Below, one piece after another: positions 24,938 through 34,044 of a stretch of DNA of 64,000 nt. Position 1 is the stretch's first letter. The number at the start of each line of letters is the position of its first letter. The notes under the pieces are model-generated. The model was not told the DNA's origin. It searched no databases and worked only from the letters and a program-made list of their open reading frames with translations. The stretch comes from Spirochaetia bacterium. GTDB taxonomy: Bacteria; Spirochaetota; Spirochaetia; SZUA-6; Bin103. Location of the stretch: assembly GCA_965208575.1 (NCBI GenBank), contig CBDBOV010000003.1:1-64000 (forward strand). Reading direction: 5' to 3'. Position numbers and translations under genes: made by a program.

Positions 24938-26080
24938 TCAGGGGGTCGGTTCGCTCACCCGGACGGGGGCGATGGCGAAACCTTCCGCGCGGTAGGCGGC
25001 GCCGATCCGCTGCAGGTGGCCGGCGTCTTCGAAGGTGCCGATCGCCGCGCCGCCGGAGCCGGCGAACTTGGCGTGCGCGCCCTGCTCGCGGGCAATGTCG
25101 ATCATGCGTACCTGTTCCGGCGGCAGGTCGTACACCGAGCGGCGCAGGTCGAAGTCGCGGTCCATGATCGGCCCGAGGCGGGCCGGGTCGCCGTGGTGCA
25201 ATGCCGCCAGGGCCTCGTCCACGAGTGCGGCCTTGCCGGCCATCGCCTGCGCGACGGCAGGATCGTGGTCAACCTCGGCCCGGTAGCGCATCACGTTGTG
25301 AATCGCGCCGGAGGACTTGGAGAGCCCCTCGTGCCAGGCGATGAACAGCGGCGGCAGCAGGTGCGCCGGAAGCGGGCGGTAGTCGCCGTGGCGGCCGCCG
25401 TTGCCGGCATACGCGGCCGCGGTGAAGTCCATCGCCACGACGCCGCCGTACACTGCCACCACGCGATCCTGCGGCCCGGCGCTGATGCCCAGCTCGATGG
25501 TCTCGGCCTCCAGGATGATGTTGGGCTGCTCGGCCTTCGGTATGTCGCGCTCGGTGAGCTCGTAGAACTGCATCAGCGCCTTGAACACGGCGGTGATGAT
25601 CGCCGATGAGCCGCCGAGCCCGACGCCGAACGGGATGTCGGAGTGGTACTCGATCGTGAAGTTCCGGCGCGGCAGGGTGATGCCGCGGGTCTGGCAGCAG
25701 TGGTGGAAGCGGACCAGCAGGGCCTCGATCAGGCGGATGCCTCCGTAGTAGCCGTACTGGTGGCGGTAGCGGGCGAGTGCGGCCACGTCCGGGAAGCTGG
25801 TGGTGTCGCGCGCATTGGGCACCACGGTCACGCACGCCGACTCATACAGCGTCACGCCGGCGGAGAACGCGTCGAACAGCAGGGAGATCACCTTGCCGCC
25901 GAACAGGTCGGACGGATTGCCCACCAGGCCCGAGCGGGCACCGACGGCGGTGCGGATGCGCGTGGCGCCCGATTCATCGCGGGGTGCCGCGCGGGTGTCG
26001 CCCGCGCCGGGGAGGGTCTCCCCAACGCTCCCCGATTTCGCCGCCGGCGTGCGCGGCTCCACGCCCATCGCGCCGGTCAC
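24938..26080 (-). CDS. GHMP sugar kinase, glucuronokinase-like
   Basis: GLVGNPSD, GYYGGIRL, IPFGVGLGGSSA, ELGISAGPQDR, AKFAGSGGA. Confidence 0.85.
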   Translation of the reverse strand: MTGAMGVEPRTPAAKSGSVGETLPGAGDTRAAPRDESGATRIRTAVGARSGLVGNPSDLFGGKVISLLFDAFSAGVTLYESACVTVVPNARDTTSFPDVAALARYRHQYGYYGGIRLIEALLVRFHHCCQTRGITLPRRNFTIEYHSDIPFGVGLGGSSAIITAVFKALMQFYELTERDIPKAEQPNIILEAETIELGISAGPQDRVVAVYGGVVAMDFTAAAYAGNGGRHGDYRPLPAHLLPPLFIAWHEGLSKSSGAIHNVMRYRAEVDHDPAVAQAMAGKAALVDEALAALHHGDPARLGPIMDRDFDLRRSVYDLPPEQVRMIDIAREQGAHAKFAGSGGAAIGTFEDAGHLQRIGAAYRAEGFAIAPVRVSEPTP

Positions 26081-26985
26081 GCGGCGAACAGCGCGAAGGC
26101 GAAGTTGGGCGCCGGCGCGGTCATGTCGCTGCGCCCCTCCAGGTAGCGCCGTGCCTGCTGCTCGGGAGACACGTGGTCGATCTCGGCGAAGCCGGAGCGG
26201 CGCATCTCGGCGTTCAACTCGTCGGGCGTGAACATCGACAGCATCGGTTCGCCGCGCTTGGCGACGAACTGGTCGAGCTTGTCGGCGAACAGCAGGCCGT
26301 CGGCGGGCACGAGATGGCGAGGGTACTTGTAGTCGAGAGCGATTCGGGTGCCGGGCGCCGCCACCGCGGCGATGCGGCCGAACGTGTCGCGGACGGCGTC
26401 GCGCGTCAGGTAGTAGGAGGTACCCAGCCAGGAGAAGAACGCCGGCGCCGCGGTGTCGTAGCCGGCCCGTGTGAGTGCCTCGTCAAGCCGCTCGGTCTCG
26501 AAATCCACCGGGGTAAACACGAGGTTTGCCGGCAGGTGGCCGTTTATGCTGAGCAGCTTGTCGCGTTTCAGGTCCTGCGACGCCGGACGATCGACCTCGA
26601 AGATGCGCAGCCGGTCGGCGAGGTCTCCCTGGCGAAGGCAGAAGGAATCGAGGCCCGCGCCGAGGATCACGTACTGCCGGGCGCCGGCGGCGACCGCCTC
26701 GCGCAGGTGGTCCTCGGCGAAGCGCAGGCGCAGGATGTTCTCGGTGTGTATCGGTTTGAACTGCTTCAGGAGCCGATGCACGATGATCCTGTTCATCGCC
26801 CAGTTGTTGGCGACCAGCCGCCAGAACGGAGTGATCATGTGGATCGCGTAGGTGTCGGCGACAATCGGGGGCTGGTGCCAGCGCAGGTGGCTGGCGCGGA
26901 TCGCCGCCGCGAGCACGGCCGTCGTACTGGCGCGTTTGGCGCGCGTTTCCTGCCTGCTGTCGGACGCCACGGCCTTACTATCCAT
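26077..26985 (-). CDS. Class I SAM methyltransferase, LCM/YktD family
   Basis: ASTTAVLAAAIRA, QYVILGAGLDS, IFEVD.PASQ..K, VDFE, FSWLG..YYL; GTGA overlap with the kinase. Confidence 0.85.
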   Translation of the reverse strand: MDSKAVASDSRQETRAKRASTTAVLAAAIRASHLRWHQPPIVADTYAIHMITPFWRLVANNWAMNRIIVHRLLKQFKPIHTENILRLRFAEDHLREAVAAGARQYVILGAGLDSFCLRQGDLADRLRIFEVDRPASQDLKRDKLLSINGHLPANLVFTPVDFETERLDEALTRAGYDTAAPAFFSWLGTSYYLTRDAVRDTFGRIAAVAAPGTRIALDYKYPRHLVPADGLLFADKLDQFVAKRGEPMLSMFTPDELNAEMRRSGFAEIDHVSPEQQARRYLEGRSDMTAPAPNFAFALFAA

Positions 26986-27062
26986 AGCCGAATCCGCCCA
27001 CCCTGTACAGCACCGCGCACCGGACGACAACTCGGCCACGCTGCGTGCTGCGATGCAGCAGA

Positions 27063-27559
27063 TCGTAAGGATTGGCTGGTCGGTGCCCCTTACGACCTGT
27101 CGTTCGTCGTGGGGTCGGCCGTCTTGTTGCTCGTGTCGCACGCCGTCCACCACCTGGGGCCCGGCGCTGCAGAACCTGGACGTGGCATTCCAGGACCTGA
27201 ACACCTGGCACTCCTTCCAGAACCTGGACGTGGTGATCTTCCTCAACCGCGACCGGCAGGTCCACATGATCGGCTCCGCCCGGGTTGCCCTTTCGCCTCC
27301 CGCAGTTGAGGCATGTACGCGTTCGGCATCGGGACGACTGCCGCCTGCGGCGCCATCTACCTCGTCCTGCGCGGCCTCGTGCTCCTGATCGGCGCTTGGC
27401 CAGCCGACGTGATGCCGCAGCACTACCTCTGCTTCTACGTCTCCGTGCTGTCCGCCCTCCTCGTCCCCCCACTCCTTCGGCCACTTCCTGTTCCTCCGCA
27501 TCGACGACATCATCACCCCTGCGCGGGCGAGATCCGCTGGTCGCGTGCCCGTGTCTGAA
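27063..27559 (+). pseudogene. Fragmented His-motif membrane protein (possibly a di-iron membrane enzyme)
   Basis: Pieces in different frames: WLVGAPYDLSF; VAFQDLNTWHSFQ; YVSVLSALLV; HSFGHFLF; duplicated CAGAACCTGGACGTGG. Confidence 0.4.
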
Positions 27560-27631
27560 GCGCGGAATCATCCGCTCACCTCCACGGCCGGGTAGCTTCT
27601 CGGGGACGGTCACGGTCGGTCGGAACTCAAT

Positions 27632-27659
27632 TTGCTTCGACCCCTATCGGGAGTATACT
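27632..27659 (+). promoter_or_regulatory. Sigma70-type promoter for the ATPase remnant
   Basis: TTGCTT-16-TATACT, 9 nt before ATG 27669. Confidence 0.5.
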
Positions 27660-27668
27660 TACCAGCTA

Positions 27669-27929
27669 ATGACAGGCGCGCGGCAATTCGAAAGGCTCGA
27701 GATTCGTGGGTTCCGGGGGCTTTCGGGCCTCGAACTCAGTGGCTTGGGTACTCTCAACATACTGTTGGGTGCCAACGATGTAGGAAAGACTTCGATATTG
27801 GAAGCGATTTTTTTGGGTCTGTAATCCGTCCGCGCCATACAGCGACACAAGAGCGACGGAGTGCGCTCATATCGATACGATTACGATCAATTCGATCATT
27901 GCATCAGAAACGAATTGGAGATTCGTTAA
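27669..27929 (+). pseudogene. AAA_21/ABC-type ATPase with most of its interior deleted
   Basis: N-terminus FRGL...LNILLGANDVGKTSILEAI (Walker A) joined out of frame to a C-terminus RYDYDQFDHCIRNELEIR*. Confidence 0.72.
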
Positions 27930-27934
27930 TCAGC

Positions 27935-28182
27935 ATGGCTTGTTCAGTGTTCGTCGAAGGGAAGCCGGACAAAGCGTTGATAGAGTGTATTCTGAACTTC
28001 AGGAATATCTACAACGTAGAGGTTGATATGGTTGAGGGTGGCGTGTCGAAGCTCGGCCGTGTAGCTAATCAGATTAGGCGCCGACACGACAGCGGGAGAA
28101 CCATCGCGCTGATTCTGGATGCCGATGGAGACTTACACCAAGCGCGCGCCGATTGTCAAGAAGCGGTGGATTCTCATGAGCT
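27935..28182 (+). pseudogene. N-terminal part of a TOPRIM-like (DUF3226-like) ATPase partner
   Basis: VFVEGKPD and LILDAD motifs; breaks off at about 28183. Confidence 0.62.
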
Positions 28183-28398
28183 GGGCGGCTGGACATGGCG
28201 GTGCGCGCCGCCGGCCACGTCTACCTGTTCGAGTTCAAGGTGGCCGAGATGGCTCCGCCCGGCTCCGCCCTCGCCCAGTTGCGGGAGCGCCGCTACGCCG
28301 AGAAGTACCGCGCCGGCGGCGAACCGATCCACCTGATCGGCGTCGAGTTCAGCCGCGCCACCCGCAACATCACCGCCTTCGAATCAGCCGACGCCTGA
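28183..28398 (+). pseudogene. C-terminal PD-(D/E)xK nuclease fragment (AAA-ATPase-like/PDDEXK_9 family)
   Basis: GRLDM...YLFEFK...ALAQLRERRYAEKY...PIHLIGVEFS. Confidence 0.75.
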
Positions 28399-28524
28399 CC
28401 GCACTGCCCGTGCCGCGCGGTGTACGCGTCGTCCGCAACATCTTACCGGCGCGCCCGCATCTTCTGTCGCAAACCGACAACCGCTGCCCGGGCGAGCGTC
28501 GGGTCCGCCACGGCTGGCAGAGTG

Positions 28525-28773
28525 TCAGGACGCCTGAAGCATCTTCAGGATCGTATTGGAGTAGTCTCGCCCACAGGTGGGCTCCGGAAGCGGCCTCCCG
28601 TCTTGCTGGTAGAGCGAAATCGTCTCTTCGACGATCTCGCACAGTTCGGCAAATACGGCCTTCTCGTCATCGCCGTGGCACCCACCGTAGAACAGGCCGG
28701 GACAACTCCCGACAAAGCACCGGTCTTCGTTCGACCACTCGACAATCTTTACGTACTGACTGCCTGCATTCAC
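28525..28773 (-). CDS. hicB: HicB-family antitoxin
   Basis: YVKIVEWSNED.CFVGSCPGL..GCHGDD...GRPLPEP. Confidence 0.8.
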   Translation of the reverse strand: MNAGSQYVKIVEWSNEDRCFVGSCPGLFYGGCHGDDEKAVFAELCEIVEETISLYQQDGRPLPEPTCGRDYSNTILKMLQAS

Positions 28774-28890
28774 TGCTGAGCCTCCCGAATGGCAGATCTG
28801 ACCGCCATCTCCTGGTACGCCTTGGCATCGCTGTCCTGCGGACTGGCGAGCGTGACCGGCTTGGCTACGTCCAGATGCACGAAGTACGTA
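28770..28890 (-). pseudogene. hicA: 3' half of a HicA toxin (not in the ORF track)
   Basis: FVHLDVAKPVTLASPQDSDAKAYQEMAVRSAIREAQQ*; GTGA overlap with hicB; N-terminal half including the GSH motif is absent. Confidence 0.65.
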
Positions 28891-29781
28891 TCAATCAAGG
28901 GTGGGATCCAGTTGCCTGATCACGTCGGCGTCGTCGAGCATGCCCTGCACGTCCAGGACGTCGTCCGGATACGGGTGCGGATGCCTGACGCCCGAGAAAG
29001 CTGCTGTCAGCCGGTGCGGGCGCCCGCCGTTCGGGGGCAACCGGCCCACGTCGACGAACGTGTACTCGAATTTGTTCCAACCCTCGGTTACTTGGCGTGG
29101 CGTCCAGGCGGGGAGGCCGTTGTACAGCAGCACCGGCACGATCAGCGGAGGTTCTTCCTCGACGCTGCGCGATCGGCGCAGGTCCGCGGACAGTAATGTT
29201 GCGTAACGGCGCAGGCGTTGTACCACTCTGGGGTAGGGATGCGTCAGCAATTCGATCATCAGTACCGTCGTTCCCCAGGGCCGGCGTCTACCCGGCAGGT
29301 AGTCCGCGCTCCAAACTGCATCGATGTGTATCTCGCCGCGGAGCAGGTTCTGATCGATACAATTGCCCGGCAACTTACTCAGATTCCAGATGTCGAGATC
29401 ACTGGTGAACTCGCGCGGCAGGAACCCCATAATACTCCGGACTGTCCTCGGGTCAATGAACCCGTAACTGATCGTCACTTCGCGCGGTAACGATTGCGCA
29501 GCCGCGTCGGATTCGATTCCAATCGCGTCGGCGCTCCGGCAGTCCTGACAGATGCCCTGCCGCAAGTCCTCGCCGCGATCCCAACAGTAGTAGCAGATGC
29601 CGAGGCGCTGGCCCACGCCGGCGAGCACTTCTCCGGGGTTGCCGTCGTGGTGCCGGGACAGCGCCATGGCCCTTCGTATGAAACTGAGCGTCCGTTCCTT
29701 ACCGATGGCCGCGAAGAACGAATCCGCCTCCAGCCTGATCAGAACGTCATTCAGCAGGAAGCTGTTGAAATGATGGGACAC
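28891..29781 (-). CDS. C4 zinc-finger-like domain fused to a degenerate Rpn/YhgA-like nuclease domain (possibly a pseudogene)
   Basis: DGNPGEVL..G.RLGICYYC...CQDC; then DLDIWNLSKLP, IDAVW, RLRRY, PLIVPVLLYNGLPAW. Confidence 0.6.
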   Translation of the reverse strand: MSHHFNSFLLNDVLIRLEADSFFAAIGKERTLSFIRRAMALSRHHDGNPGEVLAGVGQRLGICYYCWDRGEDLRQGICQDCRSADAIGIESDAAAQSLPREVTISYGFIDPRTVRSIMGFLPREFTSDLDIWNLSKLPGNCIDQNLLRGEIHIDAVWSADYLPGRRRPWGTTVLMIELLTHPYPRVVQRLRRYATLLSADLRRSRSVEEEPPLIVPVLLYNGLPAWTPRQVTEGWNKFEYTFVDVGRLPPNGGRPHRLTAAFSGVRHPHPYPDDVLDVQGMLDDADVIRQLDPTLD

Positions 29782-29805
29782 GCAGCGCAATCCTGAAGTA
29801 GCCGG

Positions 29806-30060
29806 TTACCGGGCGCGGCATGAGACACATGCCCCGTATTCCAGATCGTCGCTTCGCCGGCAGCATTGATAACAGATACCGAGGCGCTCTCCGATACCGT
29901 CCAGAACCTCGCCGGGGTTGCCGTCGTAGTGTCTCGCAAGACCAACGACATGGGCGACGAACTCGGTGGTCTTGTCTGGCCCAATCTGGGCAAAGTACGA
30001 TTCCCGTTCGAGCATGACGAGCAAGCTGTTCAACAAGTGACTACCACTATGATTGGACAT
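29806..30060 (-). CDS. Small C4 zinc-finger-like hypothetical protein, paralog of the N-terminus of the downstream gene
   Basis: MSNHSGS...YDGNPGEVLDGIGERLGICYQC...GACVSC; GAGG upstream. Confidence 0.7.
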   Translation of the reverse strand: MSNHSGSHLLNSLLVMLERESYFAQIGPDKTTEFVAHVVGLARHYDGNPGEVLDGIGERLGICYQCCRRSDDLEYGACVSCRAR

Positions 30061-31326
30061 CTTGTTCGCCCGCACCTCCAGGTGGCAATCGCTCAGAGCG
30101 CGATCGACAACGCCCGCCGTTCATCAGACCTGATTGTCTCCAAGGCAGGCACGCGGGTCAAGCCCGGGGAGGTGGAGCGTGGTGGAGCGTCTCTCTCCAG
30201 ACCCGTGAGGTGCGGCAAACCTGTACCGGGTCTCAATGCCATGGAGGTGACGAACCCGACCTTCGACCTGCGCGGCATCGCGGGTTGGGACGACATCCAG
30301 CCGTTGCCAGACCGACCTTGATTCAACTCGGCATGCGGCCGGATGGCGACCCTCTCCTCCCGCACGCGAGACGCGGCCGGCGGGAGCGCTGTCGTGTTCA
30401 CCGCTGCACACATCACGAATTCCGCCAGCCACGCCTGGTGCGCACCACAGGCGTGGGCCGAGGCCGGCACCAAGCCCTGCCCCGCGCACACCGGCTCCGG
30501 CCACCTGCAGGTGCCGGCGGCGCGTCGCGGTCCCGCGTGGCGCCGCCGCCGCCGGTCCTCCGCCTCGACGGCGACATCACCTCCATGAGTGACGCCACCG
30601 ACGGTGGAGCCCCCCGCCTCGGGTCCACGACGCTCACCTCGGACGGCCAGACGAGCAGTCACCGCGAGGGGTAGCGAGCGGCGGTCCGACGTAGCTGGTG
30701 GATCCCGTTGCTCGGGGTCGCGGGATTGATATGAGCTGGCATGGCTCGCTGGTGGGTTGATCTTTCGCAAGAAAGTCGGTCTTATCGAAGCGACGCTGAG
30801 CCAATGAGGACGTGCGGTGGAGAAGGTAGCGACGATGAGCTGGGTGCACGACGGGGATCCGGCAAGTTCACGATGCGCCCCACGCTGGGTGGAAGCACGC
30901 TCGCCTCGTGACGAGTCGCCCGGGGAGGTGGCGAGCGACTGCGTCAGTCGCCAAGCACTAAACAAGGATCCGCGGCGTCTATTGGTACCGGTGATCGTGT
31001 GTCTGAGCAGTTCGACGAGTGTTGAGTCAGTCGTTCCCGACGTGCTGCGGCGGTACACCGTCAGTGCGAAGCCGTTCGAGGGGAGAACCGTGGTAACCGT
31101 AAGAATCACATCGAATATCGATATCCCAAGTATGCGCGTCGTCGGGTCTCCCTTTGAGACGGCGTCGCGCTGGCGTGACTGGCGTCTGGACCGAAGGACG
31201 GTCCTGCACAGACGTCTTCAGCTGTCCGCAGTTTCTACACTGTGTGTACGCCTATAACTATGCCGTATCTATGGCTGTGTCGGCAGATCGCGTCCAATCG
31301 CTGGCTGGCGTCCCTCGTATAAGGCT

Positions 31327-32706
31327 TTGTCGACCTCGGTTTACAGCAAGATCAGGGCTAGGGCGACGGTCTACATGGCCGTCGTGTACGGACGTGTGAT
31401 CCATCATGTACACCGTTTACTTGCTGCTACTTTTGCCATACGTAGCGACGTAGTCACTGTATTCTGCGTTGTCGTATTCTTGTTGCCGCTCGTGGACGGG
31501 ATGCTTCGAATCCGAATTGGAGCCGGATGGGAGTACTATATTCCTCTTGTGATGCTTGTCTCGGCGTCTATGGTAGCTCGTCATAGCTTACGATACCGCG
31601 TACGAATCAACCGCTACTTCGCATACTATTTCGCGGGATCAGTCTTGGTTTCCATCTCCAACATCGCCGGTTTGGTCCGTGTGGAAGGAGTCGAACTGGA
31701 CCCGGTCATAGTTTCGCAGGTCCATAGTCCGATTGCTCGCATGATCGTGGAGACGATCCGACTCTGCGCTTCTGGCTTGGTGCTGCTACTGTGTGTTACG
31801 TTGGTCGATAGCTGGACGCGTCTGCGACGGGTACTCCAAGCATTTATATACGGGGCGCTGCTACAGGCATCCTACGGAATATATGAAGTAGTAGTAAAGC
31901 TGTTTGCGATTGGACTGCCTCTTGTCAACACAAGAAGTATCGAGCGCAGCAATATTGTGAGATCTTACGGTACGTTCTACGAGCCTTCTCAGTTTGGTCA
32001 ATTCATGTTGATAGCACTCTTATGTTTCGGCTTGTTTCAGGCGATCTACGGCTCTCATAGTGAGTTGAAGTTGGTCCGTTGGCGCGGTGTTGCGTTTGGT
32101 TTGCTTGTCGCAGGTTTGGTGGTGAGTCTGTCACGTGCTGCATTTATTGTAGGGTCTGGATGCCTTGTATTGGTGTTCGTATTACAAAAGGATGGTCGAG
32201 GATTACGAAGAACGCTTTTGCTTGTGGTCGGTATCTTGGTAGTGTTCGGTGGCGCAATGGTCCTATATTGGAACTCTCGTGATGAGGGAGATTTCGGAAG
32301 GTGGCTAGACCTTTTTGTGACTCAGGGAGCGTACGAAAATCTCGTGATGAGCCGGATTCTAACGATGGGCGAGACACTAGGGAGATCGGCAGCGGACATG
32401 ATTCGAAATCCACTCGGTATTGGGACCGGGATGGCGATTTTCGAATACAGTACCATAGGTGCCCCGTTTCGTTTCATCGTCGAGTACGGCGTCGTGCTTA
32501 CGATTGTGGGGGCGATCCTATTTCTTCGCTACGGATGGACGATGTGGCGGGGGCGGAGTGGGCGCTCCGGCGACCGCTTGGCCGTGCTTTACATTGCGTT
32601 TACGGCGATTCTGTTCAATTACAATTCGGTGACCCACGCCTGGACGTGGTTGGTGGTCGGTATTATGATGGTGGCGTCACGGATTCTGCGGTTGGAACGC
32701 GATTAA
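31327..32706 (+). CDS. Wzy-type polymerase / O-antigen ligase family membrane protein
   Basis: Multi-TM; YGIYE, RSYGTFYEPSQFG, SLSRAA, PLGIGTG; start uncertain. Confidence 0.78.
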   Translation: MSTSVYSKIRARATVYMAVVYGRVIHHVHRLLAATFAIRSDVVTVFCVVVFLLPLVDGMLRIRIGAGWEYYIPLVMLVSASMVARHSLRYRVRINRYFAYYFAGSVLVSISNIAGLVRVEGVELDPVIVSQVHSPIARMIVETIRLCASGLVLLLCVTLVDSWTRLRRVLQAFIYGALLQASYGIYEVVVKLFAIGLPLVNTRSIERSNIVRSYGTFYEPSQFGQFMLIALLCFGLFQAIYGSHSELKLVRWRGVAFGLLVAGLVVSLSRAAFIVGSGCLVLVFVLQKDGRGLRRTLLLVVGILVVFGGAMVLYWNSRDEGDFGRWLDLFVTQGAYENLVMSRILTMGETLGRSAADMIRNPLGIGTGMAIFEYSTIGAPFRFIVEYGVVLTIVGAILFLRYGWTMWRGRSGRSGDRLAVLYIAFTAILFNYNSVTHAWTWLVVGIMMVASRILRLERD

Positions 32707-32709
32707 CGG

Positions 32710-34044
32710 ATGAGTTTTTTGAAGCTCTCCGGCCTCAGGAAGTTCATGTGCGCTCGGTTGGCCATTCCGAAAACGGTGAGTATAGATGCGCTCGTGACAT
32801 ACGTGGCCCATGGTGCTCCACTTGGCGCGGGGTTGGGTTTGATGTATTTGATCAACACATATTCCGGCGTAGACACCTATGGGAGACTTGCGATTTTGGT
32901 GGCGTCCACCAGTTTCGTCGGGAATCTGCTTGGGGCGCGGACCGGTGCAGCTGTTGTAAAGTTCTACGTCCGTGAGTCGATGTCTGGGAACAATGGACGC
33001 GCAAAGAGCATCGTATTCGTGAGTGTGTTTGTGGACCTTGTTCTCGCCGGCGTGGCGCTCGGGTCGGTCGCTGCAGCCAGTGGGTTGGTGGCGACGAAGT
33101 TATTGCAACAGCCTGAACTAGCGGGTCTGGTTGTCGTCCAATCGTTTGTCGTCGTGGCGCGGCATAGTCGTCGCAGTATGCTTGGATACCTCGAAGCACA
33201 TCGGCGCTTCGGCGTGGTCAATCTGTGTCAGATATTGGAGGCCGTGATGCGGGTGGGTCTTGTGGCTTGCTTCTTTCTAGTATTACGAGATTCGCGGTTG
33301 CATGGTGTCGTAATTAGCTATGTGATAGCCGCGGCGATTGCTACGCTGCTGGTGATCAGCGCATTTGCCGTGCACAGCCGTCGGGAGTTTAGAGGCATCC
33401 GTACCACGGCGTCGTGCGGCCTGATGGCAGAGTACGCGCGCTATAATCTGAAATGGTTCTGGTCGTCAACGGTCGCTACAGGTTGGGAGCATGCTCAGCA
33501 GATTATTTTGGCAATCATCGCAACTCCAGCGGTGGTAGGGACGTATCAGATCATCAAGAACTTCCTCGCTCCACTACACCTGATAGGGACGCCATTTAAT
33601 CTCCTGACGTTCCCGACAATGTCACGGCTGTACGCTGCGGGTAGGATGGACGAAATGAAGCGATATATGCATCGACTCACTTGGATTAGTGTGCCGCTAG
33701 CGGGTTTCGTCGGAGCTTCTCTTAACGCGATGATAGCCCCGCTGGTGGGGCTCTTCGGAGTAGTGGTAGATTCGGCAATTCGGATGAGTTTTGCAGCTAT
33801 TTCGTTGCGCTCAGCAGCCCGATTGTATGTGTGGTGGGCGCGCAACATTAGCAGCTTAGTCGATCCAATGATCGACTTCTATAGGAATGTAATCAACGCG
33901 TTGTCGTTTCTCTGTATCGCGATGGTGGCGTGGTGGGTGCTGGAGGATTCTGTTCATCCGCTGTTGTTGATCAGTTTGGCGAGTTTGGTGGCTAATGTAC
34001 CGGCATATGTCTACGCGCTACGGGTTTACCACTCGCGCCTATGA
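32710..34044 (+). CDS. Wzx-type polysaccharide flippase
   Basis: Multi-TM MOP-like pattern (GVDTYGRL, PAVVGTYQI, FPTMSRLY); locus context. Confidence 0.8.
   Translation: MSFLKLSGLRKFMCARLAIPKTVSIDALVTYVAHGAPLGAGLGLMYLINTYSGVDTYGRLAILVASTSFVGNLLGARTGAAVVKFYVRESMSGNNGRAKSIVFVSVFVDLVLAGVALGSVAAASGLVATKLLQQPELAGLVVVQSFVVVARHSRRSMLGYLEAHRRFGVVNLCQILEAVMRVGLVACFFLVLRDSRLHGVVISYVIAAAIATLLVISAFAVHSRREFRGIRTTASCGLMAEYARYNLKWFWSSTVATGWEHAQQIILAIIATPAVVGTYQIIKNFLAPLHLIGTPFNLLTFPTMSRLYAAGRMDEMKRYMHRLTWISVPLAGFVGASLNAMIAPLVGLFGVVVDSAIRMSFAAISLRSAARLYVWWARNISSLVDPMIDFYRNVINALSFLCIAMVAWWVLEDSVHPLLLISLASLVANVPAYVYALRVYHSRL

Noticed and set aside
30100-31320. Possible decayed glycosyltransferase or sulfotransferase fragments (QGLVPASAHACG; KDPRRLLVP)
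   Set aside because: Motif resemblance is too short to support a call without a blastx search.
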